A stretch of 64,000 nucleotides of DNA from Pseudovirgaria hyperparasitica (Eukaryota), in NCBI GenBank assembly GCA_010093815.1, contig ML996577.1. One strand, given 5' to 3'. Positions within the stretch are counted from its first letter, which is position 1; each line of letters starts with the position of its first letter. The position numbers and the translations under genes are program-made. Positions 34,610-48,262 of this stretch are shown here, one piece after another. The notes beneath the pieces are model-generated. The model ran no database searches. It was not told where the DNA came from and worked only from the letters and a program-made list of their open reading frames with translations.

Positions 34610-37225
34610 TCACAACCCATTCCACCAAACCGTCTTCGCAACCTCAAACTCTCCCTTCAGATCTGCCTTTGCACTGCTATCGCCCACAAGCACATCAAAC
34701 ACGCCCTTCTCCATGATCCACGCATCTCTCTCCTCGTCCCACCAGCTCGCCGCATACTTCTTCTGCATCTCCACCGTGACCTCTTTGCTCTCGCCCGGTT
34801 CCAAGTCCAGCTTTGCGAAGCCTTTGAGCTCCTTCACCGGCCTGCCGACACCAGACTCGCGCTGCGAGACGTATACCTGCACCACCTGCGCGCCCTTGCA
34901 CGCGCCTGTGTTCTCCACATCAACCGTCGCCGTAAGGGTCGTGCCGTCATCAACGACTTTGAGGCCAGACATGTTGAACGTGGTGTAGCTTAGGCCATGC
35001 CCAAAGGGGAACAGAACGTCGCGCTTTATCTTCTCGTAGAACCTGTATCCGACATAGACGTCCTCGCCGTACAAGGCGCGGCCACGCTCACTCTTGTAGT
35101 TCAAGAACGCTGGGTTGTCCTCGTTGCGGATGGGGAAGCTGAGCGGTAGTTTCCCGCTCGGACACACTTTTCCAAAGAGGACGTCGGCGATTGCGTTGCC
35201 TGTCTCGTTTCCGCCGTACCAGGCCTGCATGAGTGCAGGTACGGAGTCGATCCACGGCATGGATACTGGCGTGCCGGATTGCATTACGACGGCGGTGCGT
35301 GGATTGGCTTTGCTGACGGCGGCGATGAGATCATTGAGTGTGCCGGGCAGATCCATATGTGGTCTATCATATCCTTCAGACTCAAATTCGGAGTTGAGAC
35401 CAGCGCAGATGATGACTTGATCGACTTCCTTTGCAAGAGCTACGGCTTTGGCGATATTTGTTTGGGAATCACTAATGGCAAGACCGCCGAGACGGATGCC
35501 GCCGCTGGCCATGACTGTTGCGCCTTTGCGCTTCACCGTTTGAGTGATGCTGGATCCCCATTGCAAGAGGAGGCTATACGTCTGGCCGCCTTTGAGGTGC
35601 TTTACACCTCTCTCTTCCTCTGTGCCGGCGGAGAAAAAGTTCTCGCCGATACGCTGGTGCGTGGCATTATCGACGACTAGCTCGCCGTCGACATAGAGTT
35701 TTGCGGTGCCGCAGACGGCAACACCAAATTCGAAGTCGCAATCTTCCTCCACAGTGATAGTGCCCTCGAGGTCCATGTAGAAGAGATCTGGATTGACCTT
35801 GGGATGGTAGTAGTCTGCGAGTAGCATAACAAGGTTGTCAATGTGGATCTCGTCGACAAGGTTGCGAACGGAGCTCGACGGTGGTTCATTGTAGACCTTG
35901 CCAATCATGCCGACTTGCCCGTCCTTTGTTCTGGTCTCAGGGGCAAGTTGTGGTAGATTCTTATAGGCAATAGCGCCAAGTGTGTATTTGACGTCCTTGG
36001 CCTGAGCCGTGATGCCCTCGAAAGGTGTTCGTGCATAGTAAGGAAGAAGGGATGCGGAGCCACCACCAGAATATGTTGCAACTTTAGCATTAGGACCAAT
36101 GACGGCGATTGTCTTTGCTGGGTCAAATGGCAAGACATTGTCGTTGTTTTTGCATAGTACGATGCCGGCAGCAGCAGTGTCTCGTAGGCGTTCCGCAGTC
36201 TCTGGCGAATCTATGGTAGTTTCCGGTGCATTTTCTGGTATGTTGAGCTTGCCAACACGATTGACCAGATTTAAAACGTTTCGAACACGCTCGTCGATCA
36301 GATGACTGGCAAGTTGTCCGCAACGGATCGCAATGTGGACGTTCTCTTTGCGGACGACTGGCGGACCAGGCATCTCCAAATCAAGTCCTGCTTTGATCGA
36401 CTGTGTCGCAGTATAAGTACCGAACCTAGATGGCTGTCAGGGGAATCCAGTGGTAGCAGTTTGCGGAACGTACCAGTCACTCATGACAAGCCCGTTGAAA
36501 CCCCATTCTTTGCGCAAAATATCCGTCAGTAGCTTGGGACTTTCACTGACATGAGTATCGTTTACTTTGTTATATGCCGTCATGTAGCATAGTGGTTTTG
36601 CATCGCGCTGCGCGATCTGAAACGGCATCAAGTAGATCTCTCGCAACGCACGTTCAGTCAAGATGGAGTTGACAGCTTGTCGTTCATCTTCTTGGTCGTT
36701 ACAAACAAAGTGTTTTACCGTAGCGGCCACGCCTGTGGACTGAATTCCAGTGACAGTTGCGGCAGTCATAGCACCAGCTAGATACGGATCTTCACTGAAG
36801 CTTTCAAACCCGCGCCCTCCAAGCGGCGAACGTTGCATATTCGTTGTCGGACCAAGAATGACATGAGCCCCCTTGGCAATGGCTTCTTTCCCTTGAAGCT
36901 GGCCACCGGACTTGATCAAAGCTGTGTCCCATGTAGCGGCAAGGCCAGTGCCACATGGGAAGCATGCAGCCGGTACGCCTTTAAAGAAGCGAGTGCCTCT
37001 CACGCCATTGGGACCATCTGATGTACGTAGTGACGGGATCTTCAGTCGAGGAATGCCCTTGGTGTGCCAAAAGTCGATTCCTGAGAGTCATATCAGGAAG
37101 TGCGGCGTGACAGTAGAAGGCTGTAAGCTGGTACCTGATAAGAGACTGATTTTCTCATCCAAATCCAATTCTTCCAACAACGCCTCTACGTCAAGTTCCT
37201 TGAAGGTCGTGTCAACGTTACTCAT
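34610..37225 (-). CDS. Intracellular GH3 beta-glucosidase with a PA14 insertion (BglI/BglH type)
   Basis: No signal peptide. [33 protein letters not shown], nucleophile [33 protein letters not shown]. Introns ~37134-37082 and ~36473-36426. Confidence 0.93.
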
Positions 37226-37709
37226 TTTGAAGGCTCCACGTGAAGAAGCGCAATACACGATCTCAAGATTTCTTTTCCAGGCATCACTGGAGCGGGTCTT
37301 GACAGACTTTATGTATGCAAGATCGTCATAGGTAACATAGTACTCACTACCTGATACGGCAGTCGTGACCCGCCGGACGCAACTGCAAGAACAACACGAT
37401 AGATTGCCGCCCTAGCGTCAACATACCGGGCCGACACTCCGCCATACTGAGCACGACACGATAAGGGGTTAATTCAATCCAAGTGAATTTAGCTGTCGTG
37501 CGGCGAAAGGTAGTTGGATATGAAGCTCTTGATTGGCTACGTACTTGATACTAGCGGGGATTCGTGGTAGAACATCGGTATCAGCGGCCGATCAGCGGCC
37601 CATCAGGGTCGATTTATATGGGACATCGCCCAGCATTGTTGCGTTCAATCTCGCGTGCGACTCACGTATGAGGGGTATGACCGGGATCCTGACGCTGCTA
37701 TGTCGATAT

Positions 37710-37717
37710 CGGCTAAA
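37710..37717 (+). promoter_or_regulatory. Candidate XlnR site CGGCTAAA upstream of the intracellular GH3 gene
   Basis: Matches both GGCTAAA and CGGNTAAW, about 490 bp upstream of the ATG; a second match (CGGCTAAT, minus strand) lies at ~38262-38269. Confidence 0.4.
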
Positions 37718-38399
37718 TGTTCGTATAAAAGCTGTGGTGGAGCGGACCATACTCTAATATCTGTATGCAGACGCAAAAGAGCGTACGTTTACATATTGCC
37801 GTACATCAACAATCATGCAGTAATTAGTGACAGTCCGTAGGCCTTTCCAAAGTCTGGGAGGCAAGTTTCCTGCAAATCATGAAGGTTTTTTGTGGTCTCA
37901 TTGAGCGCTATCTCGAAGGATTGCTGAGATTCTGCTAGCAATTTGTTCTCCGCTATTGGGCCGTTGGCATGTTTCTCTTACTGTGAATGGAAAACTACAT
38001 AGCGATATGTGCAGCAATGCAGATGGCCACCTGGAGTACGAATGGTGGCGCGTATGAAGGGGCTGGTCATTCGGCCTGATTCGTTCCTTTACAGGTAGAT
38101 GCATTGGCCCTTTTCTCAGATTATGTCCAGTGTGCTCCATAATTTACCTGAAAACAACCATGTGCATACCGAATCGATCCTCTCGTATGGCTTTGACTTG
38201 GTTCCACTATTATGGCCGTGGCTGAAAACGAGCAGAAAGGCGGCCAATATTAGATCTGTCTATTAGCCGGAGTTTACCAAGCTTCACTAGCTTCATTCGG
38301 TACTGATTCCGCACGTCCCCCACACACATCACTCGTTTCGCCGAAGTCTTGCCAACAGCTCCAATCATTGCACTTCTAACATCTTAGCCTTCGCCAGAC

Positions 38400-38978
38400 A
38401 TGTCCGAGAATGTTGGTCTCTCCACCCCTCGGGGCAGTGGGACATCCGGCTACGTCCAGCGGAACTTGTCGCATCTGAAGCCGCGCGATAATGGCGCGCC
38501 GTACCCCAAAGATCGCGATGAGTACAAGTTCAGACAGCGACAACCGAATAAAGAAATCATCGAGCACGAGGAACGGCTCAAACTTGAGAACGAAGTGCTC
38601 AAATATCGGGACGAGCTCGAAGAAAAGTTAGAGACAGGTGACGACGCGTAAGTTTATGCCTATCGTGTCCACAGCATAGACACTAACAGCAGAAGGGACT
38701 TGACCGAGGATGTGATCGAAGAGAAAGTTGATGCTTATAGGAAGAAGCTAGAGAGCGACAGGGTGAATTCCAAGAGCTCAAAAACAACGGCAAAGGGTCT
38801 CAAGAGTCATCAAGTACACGAACTAGGCCAGGCTAAGATCCAGGAGATGGAAAACATGCGCAAAGCCTTGAAGATCCGGGACGATTATGAAGAGGGCGGT
38901 CACTGGAAGGAGAAAGAGGAAAGACTGCGTGAACGAGGGGACCGCGAAGAGGAGCAGCGTAGTAAGAATGGTCGTTGA
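38400..38978 (+). CDS. CWC21: Pre-mRNA splicing factor Cwc21
   Basis: MSENVGLSTPRGSGTSGYVQRNLS N-terminus and LKSHQVHEL motif; one intron from 38648 to ~38690. Confidence 0.93.
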
Positions 38979-38984
38979 AGTGCG

Positions 38985-39869
38985 TTACAACTTGTGTCTC
39001 TTCTTCCCGCTCGCTAGAGCTGCAAATTCTTTTTGCGGGATACCCTCGAGATGTCTCTCCATGCCACCAAGTACCTCATGCACCGCCAAACGATCATGCT
39101 CATCCAACCCTGGCTTACGGATCAGCTTCTTAATCTTCAACATGCTGTCGGCATTTAAATTCTCGCCCAATCGATCATTCACCTCCGCCAGTACCTGTTC
39201 GTTGAACTTGTCGGTGTCCTTGTTGGTATCGAATATCTTGTTCACGAAGCCGCAGTGTAGCAGTTCCTCGGCGGTGATCTTCTTGCTCATGATCAGAGCT
39301 TCGTTAGCCTTTGATATGCCCATCCTTTCCACAAATGCGCGCGCCGCGTTTCCTTCGGATATAAGTCCCAGCGAGGTGAAGGGTGTCAGAATGTATGCCT
39401 CAGGAGTGCAATAGACGAAATCTGAAAATGCGGTCAAGGTTGCAGTCATCCCTACAGCTGGACCATTCAGGGCTGTAATAAGGATTTTCGGGTGTGAATA
39501 AAAGGCATGAGTGGTATGAAGGTTCATAGTTGTAAAGCCCTGTAGGTAGTGAAGCCGTCGAGTCTGTTCCGGTTCATTCTCTGACGGATAGCTGATCCGA
39601 GAGATATCAGCACCCCTGTTAAGCAGGTCAGTACTATCTGATAAATCGCAAGGTTGAAATACATACGCCGAGAAGAAACGACCTTTTGCCGCGAGAAGGG
39701 TGATGAAGATGTCATCGCGAGCTGCAATCTCATGCAACAAACAAGCTATACGAAAGTAGAGCGCATGTGACAATGCGTTCAGCTTTTTGGGCAGATTCAG
39801 TGTAATGATTGCAATCTTTCCGCGATACTCGATGGTCACAGCCTCGTCGTCAGGAATCTGGCTTGCCAT
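38985..39869 (-). CDS. ECI1: Peroxisomal delta3,delta2-enoyl-CoA isomerase (crotonase family)
   Basis: ITLNLPKKLNALS, GRFFSAGAD (after removing the 51-nt intron 39666-39616), ALNGPAVG, PFTSLGLISEG, C-terminal PTS1-like KKRHKL. Confidence 0.9.
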   Translation of the reverse strand: MASQIPDDEAVTIEYRGKIAIITLNLPKKLNALSHALYFRIACLLHEIAARDDIFITLLAAKGRFFSAYVFQPCDLSDSTDLLNRGADISRISYPSENEPEQTRRLHYLQGFTTMNLHTTHAFYSHPKILITALNGPAVGMTATLTAFSDFVYCTPEAYILTPFTSLGLISEGNAARAFVERMGISKANEALIMSKKITAEELLHCGFVNKIFDTNKDTDKFNEQVLAEVNDRLGENLNADSMLKIKKLIRKPGLDEHDRLAVHEVLGGMERHLEGIPQKEFAALASGKKRHKL

Positions 39870-40182
39870 CTTGTGAAGGCTGCAGAAAGCTTCTAAGTCG
39901 TTACATGGAGCACGTTCTTGTAACTTTATCCACGGGTAGACGTTCAGTAGTAACCAACCTAGCCCCTTGAACTCAATCTAGCCTCGGCTTCTACCCCACA
40001 GTGCCCACACCGGCTTCCATCCATGCCGTCGTAGGTCTGGTCAGTTTTCCCGGAGAAATCCCAGAGTCTTGGCTTGAATGGCGTAAAGGAAAGAAGTTGT
40101 TTGTATTGCGCGGTTGCGGTACTTCCCAGTTCAATTGACGACGACCTCGGCACCAATCTTCACTTCTTCGCCAGCAAGCAAA

Positions 40183-40579
40183 ATGGGTGGACCAAATTTA
40201 GAAGTCTTCAAGGTAAGCATCTGCATCCACTCGCCGAGTGTCCAAACTGTACTGACCAAAGTCTAGTTCGCCATGTACATATCTTTCCCAATCGGCATCA
40301 TGTATTATTTCGGTACCAATCTTGATGGTTCGCTTCTATATCCGCTACCAGGCATATCTGTATTGACCACAAGTAGGACGTTTCAAAGTCGATAACTTCT
40401 GGCCGTCACAAGAGCAAACGTACAAGATCCCCTTCGAGAGAGAGGAGATAGATAAGGAGCTCGCAAGACTAAAAGCAAAGAGACTCAAGATCAGAGACGA
40501 GCGATTAGCGCAGGAAGCAAGGGCGAAAGAGCTAGCCGAAGCACAAGGTCTACGCACGCAAGACCAGGAGTCAAGTTGA
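40183..40579 (+). CDS. PET100: Cytochrome c oxidase assembly factor Pet100
   Basis: Three exons give MGGPNLEVFKFAMYISFPIGIMYYFGTNLDGRFKVDNFWPSQEQTYKIPFEREEIDKELARLK; introns ~40213-40266 and ~40328-40376. Absent from the ORF track. Confidence 0.88.
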
Positions 40580-40766
40580 AGAATTTCGCCTCCGAATGTA
40601 ATGACAATAGTCCTGCATAGTGGGAAACATTGGCGTTCATGGTTTTGTCAGGGAAAAGGGCAAACGGGGAGTAGACCGCACTTCTGCGGCTCTATGTACA
40701 GTACTGTATATATCTACACTTTTTGCTGAATGCATTAATCAACCGCATTCACTGGCGGGCTTCCTT

Positions 40767-41664
40767 TTAGGCATCTGTCACCTGCTCTTGCTCGTTAGTG
40801 TACAGTCGTTGGAAACCATGTTCGTAACTCAATTTCTCTGTGAACTGTTCCCATTGCTGCAGTTGATATGCTGTTCTTGTAGCGTTCACCAACGTATCAC
40901 TCTTTGGTGTCCACAATACCTCCACAGATTCTACTTCAGCCTGCAGAGACGCAGCTAACGCTGTTGCGACCGCCTTGGTTTCTGTAGCTTCTGTGTATAC
41001 GACGATGGAGTCTGCCTCATCCTCAACGTCTAGGGCACCAGCTTCGAGTGCAGCTTCCAGAACGTACTCCTCCGTGAGATTAGGCCTCTTTTTGAACTCG
41101 ATGCGACCCTTCCTCTCGAAGAGGTATAAAATAGAGGCTATGCTACCACCATGGTCTTTGATTATCGTTTTCACATCTTGCACCGTCCTGTTTTTATTGT
41201 CTGTTTCGCACTCAACAATAACGGCCACATCGCCAGGAAATAGAGCCTCGATATCGACTGAGGTCAGGGGTTTCCCGCTGGACGATACTCCTTGACCTCG
41301 CGCAATCGCAGATTCTATGAAGTCTTTCGGGAGGCCTTGTTTCTTAGCCGCTGCGATCGCATTGGCCAATTGTAGGTTCGAAGTCGGATCTGGGCCGTAG
41401 ACTAAAACCTTGATGAGCTGAGTCTTCGATAGTGAGTGGTGATGAAATACATTTTGAGGCTGCAGTTATAAGTCGACTAAGTGGCTGCCGTGCTTTACTC
41501 TTCCGTGCATCTGTCTGAGCTTTGTCGTGTTTTATTTTGGACCACCTACTGTGGCCAGAATAGAACGTGCATGTCGTCCGGAAGGCACGTATTTGATGGG
41601 ATGCGTAGCGTATGTAAGGAGCATCTGAGCACCTGAGAGCACGTAGAGTATGATTGATGCGCAT
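40767..41664 (-). CDS. YebC/PmpR/TACO1-family mitochondrial protein
   Basis: Arg-rich presequence-like N-terminus, then SGHSRWSKIKHDKAQTD, YGPDPTSNLQLANAI and VECETDNKNRT; one intron ~41450-41402. Confidence 0.88.
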
Positions 41665-41914
41665 CAGCGGTTGTTCGAAATTGTTATTTAGAGAGGTGTG
41701 ATCTATACTATGTCTTCTGCTCGTCCTGATCAAACTAAAAGTATCAAAAGGGCCCGTGCGTTCACCTCCGTATCCTCCGCAAGCTTGCCCGCACGAGTGA
41801 ACAAGCATCCCTACAGGCCGCTTGTTGTTGCTGAGACCAGCATATTGGCCGCTACGAGCATGTCAATCATAATCTGAAATCTTACCACAATATCAAGGGA
41901 CTTTTGCATCCACT

Positions 41915-44900
41915 ATGTCGGAGCAACCATCAGCGAATGGTGACAGCTCTTACCCTGAACTCGACGTGACCAAGCTGCATTCTCTCCCCTCTGAACAGCA
42001 AGACCTCTTCCTCCTCACATTTACGACCGATCTCGCTAGACATGTCTCTGAACTAGATGCTGATGGCGCCTCAGCCCAGCAGATATACGTCAAGAAAGAG
42101 CTATCAAAAGTCATCAACCTGTCCGCACCCCCTCTCAATCGAGTTGTACGAAACAATCTTGGGCATACGTTTGCTCATGTCTTGGGAAAGGGCGATCGAA
42201 AACTGCTCGTCGAAAGTATCAACGAGCTGGTGGCTATCCTGAGCGCTGGTGGTAAGACAGAAAGGGATTTGCGGAGCAAGCAGACAGCGGCACATTGCCT
42301 TGGATGTGTTTACGAAGCAGCTGGCGATAGCGCAATACACCTTGCGACCTTGGCTGTAACCTCTCTACTTCGATTGCTCAAGACTGCGCAAGGTCATACC
42401 GGTCTTAGGGGTGTCACCTTCAAGGCTCTTGGGAAGATATACAAAGGCATTGGCAAATCCGCCGACGAGTCCGCCGTACGCGATGTCTTCAAGCAAGCGA
42501 GGAATGCTGCCTCTAGTGAAAAGTCTCAATTCGTCCAGGCCAGTGCTTGCTACTGCTTGGAGCAGCTGTTTCGATGCAATACCTACCTGGACAACTCGGG
42601 AGATTTTGAGAAGCTGCAAAGCGCCCTTTGGAAAGCCTTCGACAGTAGGTCTCCACACGTGCGGCATTGTGCAGCTGCCTGTCTAAGCGCAGTCCTGGCG
42701 AAGAGCTACTCTGAAAATCCATCAAAGGACGCCGTACCCAAAGTCAAGAAACCAAAGAAGTCGAAGAAGAAGACTGATCTAGATGGCGATGAAGGTAGCA
42801 TAGAACGGCCCGAGTCACCAGGGCCAACGAAAGATGTAACACAATTGTCTTTCAGCATTGGTGATATCCTGCGGAACTTGTCCTCGACGTACTGTAAGCC
42901 GGCAACTACCAATCGCGCGCGCGCAGGCATAGCGATATGCTACCTGAAAACTTTGCGAGAACTTGGATCTGGTATCGTGGAAACCAAGTATGGCGAGATA
43001 GCCTCGCATTTTCTTGTTGATCTTTTGAGCTTCCCTAGTATAATTTATTCTCGGCATCGCTTCTTAATCACACGCAAGTTCGTCCGAACCATACTAGAGG
43101 CTGTCATTGGGCGACAAGTTCTGGGAGAAACAGGACAGTTGAACGCCGCAAAATACCTCGTAAATGCTATCCTGAAAGACTATCCCCAGGCTTTGAAGGA
43201 GCGACAAGAGCCATCGAAGCAGACTCTAACAGGCACGCTCAGTGCCTTGGCCTCGTTACTGAACTCGCTTGGCGCTGCAGCGAGTGGGATTGCAGAGCTG
43301 TGTCGTGAGGCGTTACTGCAAGTCCTTCAACATCCTAGCTACACTGTGCAAATTCATGCTTCAGCCTGCTTGCGAGCGTTCGTTCTGGCATGCCCACAAC
43401 AACTTTTACCATCGGTCACGATATGTATGAATAGCGTCAACCGTGAACTCAACCTTCTCGCTGGTCCGAGGCAGTCGCCGAGACGCTGTGTCGGGTTTGC
43501 GAATGGTTTGTCTGCCGTCTTGAGTACTTCTACCTTACAGCCACTCTATGGTTCTGTAGATGTTAATTCCCGAGTCTTGTCGCAAGCAACGACTCTGCTC
43601 AAGTCGAGTGGAAGTTCCGATCTCAAGATATCAAGTACACAAATCCAAGTTGCCTGGATCCTCATTGGCGGACTGATGACACTTGGGCCCAGTTTTGTCA
43701 AGATTCATCTTTCACAGCTGCTGCTTCTATGGAAGAATGCCTTGCCGAAACCACTAAACAAGGACAACATGGTACAGCGAAACCTTCTCGAGTTGAGCTT
43801 CTTAGCACATGTGAGAGAATGTGCCCTGGGGTCCATTCTCACCTTTCTTGAGTTCAATAGCCGTATATTGACTGTTGATGTCACAAAGAGATTAGCGACT
43901 ATGCTTCAAAACAGCACGATGTTTCTCAACAGTCTTCCATCGAAGAAAACAACGGAGGACAGCTCCCAGAGGTTGTCACCAGCTCTTCAGCTCCAGGATT
44001 TTGATCTTATGGTGCGGCGACGAGTACTACAATGCTACACAAAATTAGTTGGCTTGAATCCAACGGGAAGCAGTGAGGGACTGATACAAACCAACCTATT
44101 ACCTTTTGCAGTATCATGCTTTGCAGATCCCGATGCGTATACTCCGAGCTCGCTCAGTACCTCTCTGTCTAGCTCTGCAGGAACTTTCGAGAGCCTATGG
44201 GATATATCGGATAATTGCGGTTTCGGGGTCTCGGGAATGGTTCGTGGATTCAACATAAAGCCTCTCCCCGGGCAGCACGAGACAAAGTTTTCAGATCATT
44301 GGGCCAGCAGGGCCGATATAGAGGCTGAGATAGACCAAACGGTAGGCCTATGCAAATTCAGTCTGCAAACATATCTAATCATCCATCTAGCTCCTGTCTC
44401 CGATCTGTAGCGCCCGTGAACATGACTCTGTCACACTTTATGTAGGAACTGCCGACAGGCCTGTTGAACTCCCTGAGCCGCCTTCTACCGAAGTCGTGAA
44501 CTCTGCTATCTGTCTGTTTGCTATCACTCTACCTCAGCAGAGCGCGAAAATCCAGGAGAGCATACTCGAACAGATATCCTCCTTTCTCTCCGCTGGCAGT
44601 CTCCAACGGGACCCGGCTCGGAAAGCTGCGATCACGGTCAATATCGCACTCGGCATACTTTCTGCATTGAAGGTTGCCGTAAAAGAGACACAGTCAGCCC
44701 CTGGCGACCTAAAAGGTCCCGCCGTAGAAAAGCTTCTACAGGAATTCTTACATGTAAGCTAAAAGACCTTTGTCTGCCTGCTATGTTCTCATATTCCTCA
44801 GGTATTCATTGTACACCCCGATCAATACACACGGAATGTTGCTTGCGAGGCGCTGGGACGCCTTTGTAGCAGCTCTGGTACAGCATTTACAACGAACGAG

Positions 44901-47900
44901 GTCAACTATTTGGTCGATCAGATTGTTTCTAATCGTGAACCGCATGTGCGCGCTGGTTGTGCGATTGCGCTAGGTTCTATCCACTCTCAGCTTGGGGGCA
45001 TGGCCGCCGGATATCATCTCAAAAATATCCTCGGTATACTGATGTCCCTCGCAAGTGATCCTCACCCTACAGTTCACTTCTGGGCTCTGGACAGTCTCTC
45101 CAGAGTGGCTGACTCAGCCGGCCTCAGTTTTTCCGGGTACGTCTCGAGCAGTCTGGGTATGTTAGCTCAGCTTTATGTTGCCGATACGCATAACGAGGAA
45201 GGCTCATCCCTAGCGGGGTCGAATCTGGAGATCGATCTTCCTTCTCAAGCCGCCATTGCTCGCTGCATCGACAGCATCATCAATGTCTTGGGGCCGGACC
45301 TACAGGATATGTCGAAAGCCCGAGACATGATAATGAATATAATTTACCTTTTCCAGCAAGAAAGTGATAGTTTGGTATGTTTCGAAGGCCAGCGATGCCA
45401 AGAGCACTTGTCACTCTATGCCCCGGGATATATGGACTTCAAGGCTTATGTGCTTTCACTCCAAGAATCTTTATCATCCGACTCAATACCTCTGAGAGAC
45501 ATGGCTGTTGACGGGTTGCACAATCTGATGAGGCGGAATGCCACTGAAGTTTTCAAAACGGCTGATCCTGGTCTTGACGAGCAACTCTGGACTATCCTGA
45601 ATCAGGATACCGATCACAAAAGCGTTCGCAGCATTATCAGCAACTGGCTTGATCAAACAGCTCTGACTGAGACTGCGCTATGGGTACAACGATGCCACAC
45701 TATCCTCTTCAAAATCGTAAGAAAGGAAGAAAAATCTAAAATACAGTCAGCGAAGCCGGCAGAAGGTGTCCCAGATCTACAGGATGAAGAAGTTGCTGGC
45801 TTCGCTGCAGCTGCTAATGCTCCATCAGAAGAGCCCAATGCTACCGGGGCTGCGTCTCAGGAGTCATTGAAGTGGCAGGTCCGAACTTTTGCGATGCAGT
45901 GTCTGTTAGAATTGCTTCGTGTCGTCTCAAAAGACGCTACCAATAACGAGGACTCGCCTGCTGCACTGGCTTTGCAGCATAAGGTTGCAGACATCATCCG
46001 GGTAGCATTTTCAGCCTCCACGGCTGGTGTCGTGCAGCTACGCATACAGGGCCTGAAGATTGTAGAGCAGGTCTTGAAGATGTTTGGCAAGACTCTGGAT
46101 CCCGACTTTCCCGAAGCCACTCTCCTGGAACAGTACCAAGCTCAGATTGGGTCTGCTCTTACCCCGGCGTTTGCGGCAGATTCATCCCCTGAGCTTGCAG
46201 CTGAAGCGGTGAATGTATGCGCAAGCTTTATTGCAACTGGCATCGTCACTGATGTCGACCGAATGGGCAGAATCCTGAAGCTTCTGGTTGCCGCTTTGGA
46301 GAACTTTGCTGAAGAGTCCGAGACTGCAGCCATTGGTGATCTAAAGGGTCTCAGCTCCAATGCCCAAGTCATGGTGAAGATGTCGGTCTTCTCGGCTTGG
46401 GCTGAATTACAAATTGCAAGCGCTGATCAGAAGTACTTGGTTGATGTTGTCAAGCCCCATATTGTAAAACTTACACCCCTGTGGCTAGCTTCACTGCGAG
46501 AGTATGCTCGGTTACGTTTCGAGCCTGACATCTCTACATCCACTGGTGGACCGTCTATGTCAGGCAATCTTGACACCATATATGCTGCCCTGAATCGGGA
46601 GACTCTATTGAAGGTATGTTGTCGCCAACCCTGGTTTGGTTACTTTTTCTGAATCTTTCCAGTTCTATCAACAGGCGTGGCTCAATCTCGTGGATGCGAT
46701 CGCAAGTCTTATCGATGAGGACAGTGAATTCGTCTTCGACGCCCTAGATGGAAAGACCGAAGCCACTCCGGGTGAATCAAAGGATAAGGCTATTGATATC
46801 AATTATCGAGACGAACCAGTCGCATTCTTCTTTGTTTTGTTTGGTCTCGCCTTCGAAGCACTTGTTGGGAGGTCAAGCGACCAACAAGCATCGAAGTCGC
46901 AAATAATCGAGATTCTCCAAGCCATCAAGAAGATACTAAGGCCTTCCGTCTCCGGCCATGCAATATATCAAGAGGTTATTTTTTCCGAAACCATGGACTT
47001 GATGGACAGACTTGTCCTAACAGAGGGTCTGAGTGTTCAGTCGGTTATCGTTGATATCGCAAGAAATCTTTGTATCGGGCATCCGTCCGCACGAAAAGGC
47101 GCAAGGTATGCACTGGTTCGGGACGATTCGGCAATCGACTGACATTGCGTAGTGCTGCACATGCTGAAGAGAATCTCTCGGACGATATCGATCAGCTTTT
47201 TGAACTTACAAGAATCATCGTCCTCGTGATTACTGGTCTGCTTCCAAACCTCGCCGATAGCCAGAGCAAACGTATGTTTATATGCATACCCAACCTTGCA
47301 CACTCTTACTAATAGATATAGCTCGCTCAGTATTAAGTGACGAGGCTGTGGAGCTGCTCGGTCTCGCACTTTCCGCATTAGCTGACGCAGCAGACGTATT
47401 CCCTACAATCATCAAAACCGATTTACATGCATGCATACTTCACATATTCACGACGATACTCGGCACCGGATCATGTCAAGCAGTTGTTGTGCCGCAGTCC
47501 CTCCCGATTCTGAAGCGATTCTTAGGCAGTCTTATAAAAGTCGGTCCTCAGCAGATTGAAGAAACGAAGACTCAATTGCGTACCATGCTCAACCGGTTCC
47601 TTGCAATACTCAAAAATGCACAGAAGCGGGAGTCTGAAGCTGCGCTTCCGTGTGAGAAGAACACCCTTCTTGCGCTTACGATTGTGTTGAGTTCAATTTG
47701 TCCGCTCATGGACGCACAAGATCATTTGATCAAACAGATTATTGACTGCCTTGGCGACTGTCTCGGCAATAGACTTACCAGTCTAGTTGCAGCGAACTGT
47801 TGCCGGTCGCTCCTCCTATTACCAAAGAAAAGTTCGGTCGAATCTGCGATCGCAGCTCATCTCATACCCCACATCCTAGCCTTCCTGTCGATTCCGTCAG

Positions 47901-48262
47901 ACGTCGAAGGCCTCGATGCAATACGGCCTATTATCACACAAACACTTACCTCGTTCGTACCAACACTGCAACGAGCACAAATAACAAGTGCACTGGCTCT
48001 AGTTCTGCCGACATTACTCGCTCGGGCTAGCAAGGAGGGCGAGGGCACATACAAAGAAACTGCGAGTCGATTGCTCGAGCTTGCTGGATCTGTACAGGCT
48101 GAATTCCGAGGCGTGGTTGGAGGCTTCAGCGCCGAACAGCGGTCTTTTATGGAAGAGGTCATAAAGGCAGGAGGATCAAAGACTGGTGGCCAGCAACATG
48201 TTCGAAGAAATGAAGAGTCCAACGAGCCTTCGATCGCACTGAAGATGAACTTTGGGTCGTAG
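41915..48262 (+). CDS. Large HEAT-repeat AP-1 accessory protein (Laa1/Sip1/HEATR5 family)
   Basis: About 2000 aa across six exons. ELDVTKLHSLPSEQQDLFLL, IQVAWILIGGLM, HLSQLLLLWKNALPKP, LLEQYQAQIGSALTPAF, C-terminal EPSIALKMNF. Introns near 44342, 44754, 46614, 47106, 47272. Confidence 0.88.
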
